This document shows, one piece after another, positions 52,460-64,000 of a stretch of 64,000 bases of DNA. Numbering within the stretch: the first letter of the stretch is position 1; every line of letters begins with the position of its first letter. Source of the stretch: Octopus sinensis (Eukaryota). A model generated the notes under the pieces. It ran no database searches. It saw nothing but the letters and a program-made list of their open reading frames with translations, and was not told the origin of the DNA. The stretch is taken from positions 40,548,001 through 40,612,000 of the forward strand of contig NC_043014.1 of assembly GCF_006345805.1 (NCBI RefSeq). The letters run 5' to 3'. Both the position numbers and the translations under genes were made by a program.

Positions 52460-52585
52460 CTGAATCATTTGACCCCTATGGAAATAAACACTATCCGTGC
52501 TGTACTCACTGAGACCATGAACCATATAAACGTACTAAGAAGTAACGTACATACAAAATATACAGGAAATTCACAAGATATATAA
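52460..52585 (+). CDS. GINS2: GINS2 exon 5: LNHLTPMEINTIRAVLTETMNHINVLRSNVHTKYTGNSQDI*
   Basis: Acceptor ctcttttcag|CTG, LxxLTxMEIN motif, and TAA at 52583-52585. Joined CDS is 579 nt (192 aa plus stop). Confidence 0.95.
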   Translation: MNHLTPMEINTIRAVLTETMNHINVLRSNVHTKYTGNSQDI

Positions 52586-52591
52586 ACATTT

Positions 52592-52610
52592 AATAAAGTT
52601 GATTAATAAA
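52592..52610 (+). terminator. Candidate GINS2 polyadenylation signals (AATAAA x2)
   Basis: AATAAA at 52592-52597 and 52605-52610, right after the stop codon and followed by T-rich sequence. Confidence 0.5.
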
Positions 52611-53992
52611 ATTACAAATCATCTCTCTTACTGTTTTCATTTTTGTTATGGTTTGATATTGTTTCTTGAGCATGATTGTTACCAGCATCACCTTACTGGC
52701 ACTTGTGCCGGTGGCACGTGAACAAAACATCCGAGCTAGGTCGTTGCCAGTGCCACTGGACTGACTCCTGTGCAAGGTGGTAAGTAAAGAAACACCGTTT
52801 CAACCCTGTGCTTGAGGATACCCTTTGAGCCAAGTACATCAACATCAAAAATTAAATGGAAATTGTAGTTTTGATACTCATGCCGGTGGCACGTAAAAAG
52901 CACCATCCGAATGTGGCCGATGGCAGCGCTGCCTTGATTGGCTTCTGTGCCGGTGGCATGTAAAAAGCATCAACCGATCATGGCCATTGCCAGCTTCACA
53001 TTGCACCTGTGCCGGTGGCACGTAAAAAGCACCCACTACATTCATGGAGTGGTTGGCGTTAGGAAGGGCATCCAGCTGTAGAAACACTGCCAGATCAGAC
53101 TGGAGCCTGGCTTCCCAGACCCCAGTCAAACCGTCCAACCCATGCTAGCATGGAAAACGGACGTTAAACAATGATGATGAAGTTAATCATGCTGTATTCA
53201 GTCTGTTAAGCTAGATTAAGTGAGAACTCAGTCCCTCTTTCAATGGATGGCATTACAATTAACATTTATTTTTCACCTTGAGCCTGGTGGTTCATCCATT
53301 TACCCATTTTTGCCACCTAGGAAAGTTGTTGGAGTAGAGCCCTAAGGCTCCTTCACCATAGTATCATCAGAAGCAAATATAATAATAATAATAATAATAA
53401 TGAAATTATTGTATACAGTGTTCAGGTGCACCACAACTTGTCAAAAGCTTGTTAGAAAAAAATTACAGGCTCAAGTACAACTGCCATAATCCATGCTGGA
53501 TTTAATATGTGAGCTGCATCCTACAATTATATTTTCTAACTGTTGATCAAATTGCTATCTATGAGTGTTTTATAATAATGAAATTATTGTATACAGTGCT
53601 CAGGTGCACCAACACTTGTCAAAAGTGTGTATAAAGCATATGCAGTAATGTACAAATGTCTGGGAAGTGAATAGTGTATGAATCAGATACATGCTTGCGT
53701 GCGTATGGAGGGGAGAAAATCAGGTGTGGTGTTGGCGAATCTCAGGAAGCATTAGACTTTCTCAAGCATGACCAACTGAGAGTATAGATATTACTCAACC
53801 ATGTCATCTGTGACCCACCCTGAGGTCTCCTGCCAGTTGGCTTGGCTTCAAGAATATTTCTGTGGTTCTTTCCTGTGGCATTCTAATCCCATGTCTGTAA
53901 TACTGGAGCTGTGATTTCTCAATGCTAATGAGTAGCAGCTTGACCTGGAGAGACTCCCTGACCTCTGAACTGTGCACCCTGTCAAGTAACAT

Positions 53993-54391
53993 GGATCTTT
54001 TCGGTTTGAATGGCAGTTTTTTCTAGCGGTGTCATATGAAATTGTCACCCATAATTATGACCCTAGTATCGATCTATTGCATTTCAATCGGTTTTAAGGT
54101 TAGGGGTGGGAGGAAGGGCATCTTTTTTTCTTCACAAATGTAAATAAACCCAATCTGTTTCTTAAACGAGGGACATATTCATATGGCACAATGTTTTTTA
54201 CCTCAATAGACGTCAGTGATTGGTTGAAATTGAAGAAAAAAACAACAAATATCTTACAAACTATAGAATTTTCTCAATAAAGCCAAGAGAAAAAGATGTT
54301 TTATAAACACATTCTACCAGTGTACAAAGTTTAAAATTTTTTATATACCTTGAAATTATGTTAAAAACTGCCGTTCAAACCAAAATGATGC
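53993..54391. mobile_element. Second copy of the Merlin-like MITE, inserted in a LINE fragment
   Basis: Same TIRs. TSD AGTAACAT at 53985-53992 and 54392-54399. Confidence 0.85.
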
Positions 54392-57300
54392 AGTAACATT
54401 ATTCCAAAGATGCTTTAAAGAAACCTCATTTCAGCTACTTGTGTTGACAATTGTATTGTACTAATATTTATGACTGGAGGTGCAATGGTCCAGTGGTTAG
54501 GGCAGCAGACTTGTGGTTGGAGGATTGCGGTTTTGATTCCCAGATCGGGTGTTGTGTGTGGTTATTGAGCGAAAACACCTAAAGCTCCACAAGGCTCCGG
54601 CAGGAGGTGGTGGCGACACTTGTACTCTTTCGCCCCAACGTTCTCTCTCTCTTTCTTCCTGTTTCTTGAGTAATGCTGTAATGGACTGGCATCCCATCCG
54701 GCTATAGGGAACACATAGGCCATAGAAACTGGGCCCATGAGCCTGGCTAGGCTTGAAATGGGCGAAAAATAAAAAATAAAAAAATATTTATGACTATAGT
54801 TTAGGGTAAGCACAAAAACTAAATTAAATGGTGAGTTAAGGTTTTTCACCAACCTGTCCTCTTCTGAAGATTGAATACTAGAGTTGGCATATTACTGTGC
54901 TGGCACCAGTAATTCTAGCATTCAATTTAAACTCCTACTTCCCGTCACAAACTTCTCCACTAACATGCAGAATGCACTGGGAAGACTTTCCTGAGAGGGT
55001 CAATGTCTCAGTCTTCGCAACCCTAACTCTCACCCTTGTAGCAGCACTTGGTATTGAACCCATTCATTGCTTGCTGGAGATCACCTAATGAACCAAGCAG
55101 CACCATGTCATCTGTGGAGGCACATGGCATAGTGGTTAGAGCAGCGGACTCGCGGTCGAGGGATCACGGGTTCGAATCAGACCAGGCGATGTGTGTGTTT
55201 ATGAGCGAAACACCTAAGCTCCATGCAGCTCCGGCAGAAGGTAATGGCGAAACTTCTGCTGACTCTTTTGTCACAACTTTCCTCTCACTCTTTCCTCCTG
55301 CATCTTGCAGCTCACCTGCGATGGACTGGCGTCCTGTCCAGGTGGGGAACCTATATGCCAAGAAACTGGCCCTTATGAGCCAGGCATGGCTTGAGAAGGA
55401 ACAACCATGTCATCTGCAAATATCAGCTGACCAATCCTACACCTACCAATTGTGATACCACTTCCACAATGACTACATATGTCAATCCAGTTCATAAAAA
55501 TTATGAAAAGGAGAGGTGAAATACACCCTCCTGTCCAACACCCACATAATGTGGCTGTTGGGAAGAGATGAAAATAACAACAATGAGGTATCTCAGTGGA
55601 CTATCAAAGTCTGAGGTGAACAGAAGGGTGGCGAGGATCCAAGGACCTGAAAGTGTGGGTGGGATAGAGATTGGTGTATAAATGACTGAAATGACAACAC
55701 TCTCCACTGAATGGGTACCACTTCATCATACTTTTTATAGCAGGAGAGTACAAAAATTAATCAAGCATTTTCTTGGAATTTGGAACAAAAATATTAGAAC
55801 CACTGCCTTAGAATTTTAAAAAGCTAACCCCTAAAACCTCACTAGCTTACAGTCATGGCCAAAAGTTGAAACATTGGTCTGAAAATTAATTTTTATATTA
55901 AATGCCCAAAGTTATATTTAATTTGCAATGTGGTTACTCTTTTACTTGTTTCAGTCATTTGACTGCGGCCAAGCTGGAGCACCGCCTTTAGTCGAGCAAA
56001 TCGGCCCCGGGACTTATTCTTTTTTGTAAGCCCAGTACTTATTCTATTGGTCTCTTTTGCCGAACGGCTAAGTGACGGGGACGTAAACACACCAGCATCG
56101 GTTGTCAAGCAATGCTAGGGGGACAAACACACAAACACACACATATATATATATACATATATACGACAGGCTTCTTTCAGTTTCCGTCTACCAAATCCAC
56201 TCACAAGGCATTGGTCGGCCCGGGGCTATAGCAGAAGAAAGTTGCCCAAGATGCCACGCAGTGGGACTGAACCCGGAACCATGTGGTTGGTTAGCAAGCT
56301 ACTTACCACACAGCCACTCATGACTGAAATGACAACACTCCACTGAATGGGTACCACTTCATCATACTCTTTATAGCAGGAGAGTACAAAAATTAATCAA
56401 ACATTTCCTTGGAATTTGGAACAAAAATATTAGAACCACTGCCTTAGAATTTTAAAAAGCTAACCCCTAAAACCTCACTAGCTTATAGTCATGGTCAAAA
56501 GTTGAAACATTGGTCTGAAAATTAATTTTTATATTAAATGCCCAAAGTTATATTTAATTTGCAATGTGGTTACTCTTTTACTTGTTTCAGTCATTTGACT
56601 GCGGCCATGCTGGAGCACCGCCTTTAGTCGAGCAAATCGACCCCAGGACTTATTCTTTGTAAACCTAGTATTTATTCTATTGCGGTCTTTTGCTGAACCG
56701 CTAAGTTACGGGGACCTAAACACACCAGCATCGGTTGTCAAGTGATGTTGGTGGGGGGGACAAACACACACACACACACACACACATATGTATATACATA
56801 TACACGACGGTCTACCAAATCCACTCACAGGGTTTTGGTCGGCCCGAGGCTATAGTAGAAGACACTTGCCCAAAGTGCCATGCAGTGGGACTGAACCTGG
56901 AACCATGTGGTTGGTAAGCAAGCTACTTACCACACTTGGCCAAAAATTTAGAACATTGGTCTGAAAATTAGAATTTTTATATCAAATGCTCATATATATA
57001 TATATATATATATATATACGTTGTACATATTTGAATAGATTTGTACTTGGGCATAACAATTTTAATTTAAAAAAAAAATATGTTCCAATCTTTTGGCCAC
57101 GACTGTTGAGTGTTAATTTAATAAACAATAATTCTCTCTTAATCAAATTGTTTAACCCTTTATTATTTAATCCGGTCATATCTGGCAAAATATTCTGCCA
57201 GTTTTATGTTAAAATGACCACATCCAACCTCTCACACCTAGCCCACAATGTCATGCTAAAAATACTCAAACGCACCATTGAAATCTTGAAACTGCAAGAT

Positions 57301-57537
57301 AGTTTATGATTAATCCAAAACAATGTGAATAAATAAACAATACACTTGACAAGGAAATCCGAATGCTAAGTAGTTAAAATGTCTCTTTTGTTTTCTTTCC
57401 TAAGTATCTTAACTTTTTTTCAAATATATTTTGTATCTCATCATTTCTGTTTATTTATTTTAACTACCACAGCAATTGATCGTCAGTCACAACTTAAACT
57501 TCATTCCAGAAAAACATGCACTTCTTTTCAAACTTCT

Positions 57538-58137
57538 TATTTCTTTACAGCCCACAAGGGGCTACACACAGAGGGGACAAACAAGGACAGACAAAGGAAT
57601 TAAGTCGATTATATCGACCTCAGTGCGTAACTGGTACTTATTTAATCGACCCCAAAAGGATGAAAGGCAAAGTCGACCTCGGTGTAATTTGAACTCAGAA
57701 CGTAAAGACAGACGAAATACCTATTTCTTTACTACCCACAAGGGGCTAAACACAGAGGAGACAAACAAGGACAGACAAAGGAATTAAGTCGATTATATCG
57801 ACTCCAGTGCGTAACTGGTACTTATTTAATCGAGCCCAAAAGGATGAAAGGCAAAGTCGACCTCGGCGGAATTTGAACTCAGAACATGGCAGCAGACGAA
57901 ATACCTATTTCTTTACCACCCACAAGGGGCTAAACACAGAGGAGACAAGCAAGGACAAATAGACGGATTAAGTCGATTATATCGACTCCAGTGCGTAACT
58001 GGTACTTATTTAATCGACCCCGAAAAGATGAAAGGCAAAGTCGACCTCGGCGGAATTTGAACTCAGAACATAACGGCAGACGAAATACGGCTACGCATTT
58101 CGCCCAGCGTGCTAACGTTTCTGCCAGCTCGCCGCCT
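57538..58137 (-). mobile_element. SINE family A, one head plus three tandem bodies (other copies: 1490-1720, 6612-7022, 9755-10333, 11970-12197, 23580-24180, 32797-33192, 36570-36720, 40075-40308, 51431-51890)
   Basis: Head GGCGGCGAGCTGGCAGAA and B-box-like GAGTTCAAATTCC. The central GCCTTTCATCCTTTCGGGGTCGATAAATTAAGTACCAG resembles the Meta-SINE domain (from memory). Confidence 0.85.
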
Positions 58138-59168
58138 CTTTTCAAACTTCTATTCTATGTAAATTTATTTTATTGACTTAGATCAATTTACTATATTTTT
58201 ATGATATAGAAAAGAAAAAAAAGTCTTATGGAGACCAATGCATGAAACTCTTGAGTTACTTTGTGACTTAACGTCAATTAAATTAAAAACGTAATATATA
58301 ATTCAAAAATTGAGTTAAGGGAAATAACTCATGCTACTTTTTTTTTACGTAATTGTAAATAACTGGTGCACCAAATTATTCATTATATCTTTTCCTACAC
58401 ATAAACACCTACGTTTATTGATGAAGTAGATATTGTGTTGTCTACTCTTTGTCAACAACGTCAAATTATACCGAAATATGTTCATTCTTGTTATAAATAA
58501 ATGTTAGATTTTCCGTTTGTCAACACAAATTTTCTAAATATAGCTTTATTGAAATTATCTCCCCTTCCGTGTCACTGACTGCAACTAGATATTTCTTGTT
58601 GAAAAATGAAAATTTTAATTCATTGAGAACATTTGCATATATCATTCATTGTATCTGTACCATAGACTTATTTAATATTTATTTTTATATCCTACTACCT
58701 TAGTATTTTATTCTCTCCTTATTCCTCCATTTTATTTCTGTAAGAAATTAATTGTTATCGCCATATTAATATGGCATTCTTATATCATCATCATCATCAT
58801 CATATATATAAGAATAATCGCTGCCATGGTCAGCTCCATGAGGCCACCGCCATCAAGATAGCTATTAATACACGATCTGTATCCATTATAACCTTCGAAC
58901 AAGAATGCCATATTAATATGGCGATAACAATTAATTTCCAGTAAACACTGCCATAATCTCTTTTATAGAGACTTAGTAATTTTAATATTTCTATTATTTC
59001 TGTAAGAGATAATCATCTATCAGAGAACCATCTTAAGACAAGTAATGGTTTCTACAGCTGCCGAAGGATGAGATTGCAAAGTTGACTTTGGTAAGATTTA
59101 AGAGCCAGGACAAATATCACAAAACATCTTTTTTTCCTTATACCCTAATTATTCTGGCATCTTACTTC

Positions 59169-59199
<31 letters not shown>

Positions 59200-59900
59200 T
59201 GCCCTGATGCAGTACCAGACAGTGGCTCTCGTAGCTTTTGATCTTAACTGATTGGAAGTGTTATCATGTACATTGTTTTGTCTCGGTATAAAAGATGGGC
59301 TACAGCAAATACTCTGCCCAATACCACAGATATGCTAGTCAGTTGTTTGACCTTAACCAGTTGAGCATGTCCCTTAGTGGCTGACGATATGTGCATCTCT
59401 GATCACGAGCAGAAGTAGTGGGGGAGCATCATAGCCATGTGTTGAGAGGAATTCTTTGGGGTTTGGATAATTCACCTCTGGAAACATGGATGTTTTGTTC
59501 AACATCCTTAAACAGCCCTTATTCAGGAACCTTTTGAGCAGGATGGGTTACTCGACCAGAAGAAAATTCTAACTGGGCCTCACCTGCAAGGTCATGTGCT
59601 GTTTATCTATGATGAATTGAAGTGGGATATATGCTGGTTGTGGGCAATGAAGGGAGTGGACAGGATACCAATAGTGATTGTTGTGTTTGAAGTATTAGCA
59701 CTCAACCAACATGGCTCTGAAAGATTGATACAAATGTGAAAGTAGAACACGTGCAAAAAAATCAGCATTGCATTAAACTGTAAGAGTTCTCTGCAAAGTT
59801 TTTGAAGCATGATTATAAACAAGTGTCACCTTCGTCTCTTGGCTATTGACAGCTGACACTTTCCATCATACCCAGCAAAATAAGCTGAGAAATTTCATCA

Positions 59901-59932
<32 letters not shown>

Positions 59933-60510
59933 AGTCTGGAAACAAAAGAACAACAATAATGATGATAGTACTTGTAATTATTATTATTTTTGCTATAACA
60001 TACTTCATCAAAAAAAAAAAAAAAAAGACAAATACATGTATTTGTTTTAAATCATATACATTTTTGACTGATATATTTAAAAATGCCCCTACAAATGCAC
60101 TTTAGAAGATCAGAAAATCCATTACAGTGAGGAGGGAGAAGTGTATTGATAAAAGAACTTTAAAAGTCAAAATAGATGAGTATGAGTGATAGTTGTACTC
60201 AGGTTTCCTTGAAGGGGATAGTAGTTAATTTCATTAAACACATACACCCGAAAGGTACCACACTCACTCTTAGTATTTGAATATTTTGATATCACCCTAT
60301 TGTTTTGCCTAAAATAAAGTTTCATCTTTAATTTCAAATTTATATATATTTATATATTTCTACTATAAATTTATAAAACATTGCAAAATAAAAAATGATT
60401 GCAAATATCATTTAAAAACATTTTTGCTGGCATATATATGACACACACACATGTATGTATGTATATATGTATGTGTATGTATATATATATATATATAATA
60501 TATATATATA

Positions 60511-60788
60511 TATTAGAAAAGATAAGGTTCTAAAAAATCTGGATGGTTGTACATTTACAGATTTTTATCAATATGTCACATGTTTTTATAAATCATATAT
60601 TAGCGCTTGCATCTACTTTAGTAGATTCTTCTGAAGAATCTACTAGAGTAGATGCAAGCGCTAATATATGATTTATAAAACATGTGACATATTAATAAAA
60701 ATCTGTAAATGTACAAACATCCAGATTTCTGAGTACCTTATTTTTTCTAATATATAATACCTATACCTCACCTCCAAACCTTCTAATA
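60511..60788. mobile_element. (TA)n-flanked near-perfect palindrome; same family as 34451-34623
   Basis: Centre of symmetry ~60632 with ~120-bp arms. The right arm reads CTGAAGA-ATCTAC(TAGA)GTAGAT-GCAA-GCGC-TA, a degenerate hammerhead. Confidence 0.7.
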
Positions 60789-63374
60789 TATATATATATA
60801 TATATATTAACATGTTCATAATAGTTAAATATACATTAAAAGCGCAAGCAATTTCATAGAAATATCAGCACAGGGAACAAATATTATTGTGCAGCAGTAG
60901 TTCAAAACATCTCCCATGTACTTTCTTATAAACTTTGACATTAATACATATTATTTCTTTATAAAACCATATCATAATACAATTTTCAGAATCTTTATTC
61001 TTGATTTCTTTTTTTTTTTTTTTTGCCATTTTACAATAAAGAACTTTTCTTCTTCATTTACTTACAAAGAAAATATTTAAAATTCATGAAGTAAAAACCA
61101 ATTTCATTCAAAGCCCAACTGGTTTTTGTTTTATAAAAACATCTTGGTTTATTAGACTAGAATAGTACTAATATATAAGCTATATATATATATATATAAT
61201 ATGAACAATGATACAAAAAACCTGTAATGTAATAAATTTATTTTCTCATAAGACTAATTTTTGTTTACACATATATTTCCATAAGACAGCAAAAATACCT
61301 GGCCTTGATTATTAAAAGAAATCATTTCAAAACAGGTATTGAGTAAAATTAGCAAGAATTTACAAAATCATTAAATCTGTGTCCCCATTCTTTAAAACAT
61401 GGACTTTTTTCTCTTTCATAATAAAAATGTTATCCACCAGCACTGGGTCAGAAGAAACAGTCTTCCATTTCCGGATATATGTGAATTAGTCCAGTGATAT
61501 TTAATATATTGATTTAGTTTACCAAGAGAAAGGGTTAAATGGAAACAGTTTATTAAACCCAATCATATTTTTTTAATATGAATTTTTAATATTTTTTTTT
61601 ATTTTAATCTGTTTTTTACTACAGCACTTTTTAATTTTTAGAATTTTTTTCAATCATCAATATCTTTAGAAATGTCACACAGATAAAGTATTTTTTAAAA
61701 TATTTTATTTTTTTAATTTTTGATTTTTAATTTTTTTTTTTTCATTTGTGCCGTAGTTGCATACATTCACTTTCTGATATTTTCATCAATGTAATTGTAT
61801 AATTGTATTTCCAGTTTTGTAAGATTTGAATTTAAGAGCCACAAGGTACCATAGCATCTGGCTGAAGTGTCTACCAATATTGCAACATGTCACTTTCATT
61901 AATAGTGTTTTATAAGGTCAAGTAGTGATGACATTATGTTAGAGTCAATAATTCTCGCAGAACAACAAAAAATTTTTTATGAAAGCCTGTTAAAATAGAC
62001 TTCGCAATAACAAAAACAAAAAATACAAAAAAAAAAAGAAAGAAATGTCCTTTTTAAATCTGTGGATAATTATATAGAGAAATTGATGCTGTCAAACTTC
62101 ATGTATTTAGTCATCATTATAGATAACATTGATTGTTCCACTTTTTAATCAAATTTTCAGCAATATTATATATCTTCAGCTTTAGTGTTCTTTATTAAAA
62201 AAAAAAAACGTTGAGCTTTTCAGAAATCATTTTTGTAAATCAAGAACTTCCTTCTTGTTAAATTTCCTTTTCCTTCAAACATAATTTTTTTTTTTTTCCA
62301 AAACATATTCTTCTTTCTTCCATTTAACAATTTCTTTCTGTTTTGCATTGAATTTATATCACAAATTTCTTCCATTTGGTTTTTTTTAAAGATTAAAAAT
62401 TGTAAAACATATTTCGTTATTACTATAAAACAATTTTTTTTCATATAATTTATCATTCTAATTTATAATCAATGTTCTTTGAAATGTCTAACTTTTCACC
62501 TAATTTTAATTAGGGTTTTCAGCTCATTCTCATTAACCTGATGTTGTTGTTGTTGTTGTTGTCCTTCACTGTATCAAAGACAAGAATATTTACTCTTCTT
62601 TGCATTTTTTTTTTAATTATTAAATTTAGTAAATGTTTATGTTGAGAATAAGGACACAAAACAGAATTTATTTTATGGAAACAGCAACTTTGTTAATGAT
62701 TTCTCCGGTTTGAGAAATCTGGGGACACAGCCAGTTTTAATTAGTCATTTATGATAATAAACAATAACAGTAACAATAACAGCTACAAATATGCTGCCAT
62801 AACCAACTAATTAGTTGCTTAAAGATCAAATAACTAATGGGTTGAAATTGAACTTATTACAACATTCACTCGCTGACATATATCAACAGCTAACAGTCAC
62901 TAATAAAACCACAGAGTCAATACTGTTATCTAATTTTTTTTTATTATTATTATTATTATTTTATTATTTTTATTATTGTTATTATTATTATTATTATTAT
63001 TATTTTGCCCCTGTGAAGTGGGATAATAAAATTATAAGGCAGTTTTAAAATTCCTGCTTAGATTCTATTTCCTAAGAAGAAAAGTTTTACTATGCATGTG
63101 TGTACTCGTATGCGTGTGTACGTGCATGCATATGTGCGTGCGTGTGTGTGTGCATGAATGCGTGTGTATGCATATGTGTGTGTGTGTGTGCATGTGTGTG
63201 TGTGTGTGTGTGTGCACTTGTTATGTGCTATAAAGAGCTGCATATGATGATTCTAAATAATTGGAAAAAAAAAAACCCCCAAAACTGAAGTGGTGTATAT
63301 TTGTAATTAAAATTGCATAATGCACACTGAACACAAGACATCTGCATGTGACTTGCAATTTGCCGATTGCTTAA

Positions 63375-63426
<52 letters not shown>

Positions 63427-64000
63427 ACATCATCATTTAACGTCCATGTTCCATGTTTCAGTTTTATGAAACTGAATGTCGGTCTAATGTAACTGTTCTA
63501 CACTTATGTTTAATTACAATGCCTTAGTTTTACTTTTTCCTGAAATAATTTCAACATCATTGAAAAGTGTGCAAATAATATGTATATATTTCATACATTA
63601 TTTTTATAAAGTTTAAGATATTTCTGTTGAAAAATCTATTTGCTGGTTAATCAGTCTAAGTTGTGTTACAATCTATTAGCTGCTGCTATTGATTTTCATT
63701 TAGCCTCATAGATTACTTTGTATTCAGAATCTCATCAAAATATCAACAAAACAGAACTACAATATCAGTATCTTTATAGATTAGGCTGATACTCAAACCA
63801 TTAGAGAAATGATCAGTTAAGTAAGTCAGGAGGAAATTGAAAGTGAAACAAGGTTAAATCAAAACAAACAAACAAACAAACAAAAAAATAGAATTTAATA
63901 GAGTTTTGAAATTCTGAATATATAAATATAATATAATATATCTCACCAAGATATTTACATATGTTAGATATTATTTCTATAAATATTCTCCATTCCAGTT

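Noticed and set aside
59607-59822. Possible exon of a third gene
   Set aside because: No recognisable domain or consistent splice partners in the window.

Overview
This is an AT-rich, repeat-dense eukaryotic window. The SINE content and microsatellite load suggest an octopus (coleoid cephalopod) genome; that assignment is an inference. Two spliced genes lie head-to-head with start codons about 1.2 kb apart. TMEM143 is on the minus strand (6 coding exons, 35186 to 3891, 499 aa). GINS2/PSF2 is on the plus strand (5 coding exons, 36382 to 52585, 192 aa) and has a DHFR-type double E2F site just before its ATG. Introns hold tRNA-derived SINEs, MITEs (Merlin-like, hAT, piggyBac-like, Tc1/mariner), Helitron-like elements, LINE 3' ends and SINE-seeded minisatellites. 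The most notable signal is a set of ORF-less fold-back elements, mostly flanked by (TA)n, that carry type I hammerhead ribozyme motifs. A 2.1-kb tandem-plus-inverted array of a ~600-nt unit in TMEM143 intron 3 has four intact hammerhead cores, with a palindromic (dimer-type) helix III and an unusually long helix II. A second, unrelated hammerhead fold-back with a 13-bp TSD lies in the same intron, and degenerate relatives occur elsewhere. They resemble Penelope-like pLTR derivatives or retrozymes. Most ORFs in the supplied track are repeat artefacts. All structure calls were made by eye; no search or folding program was run.
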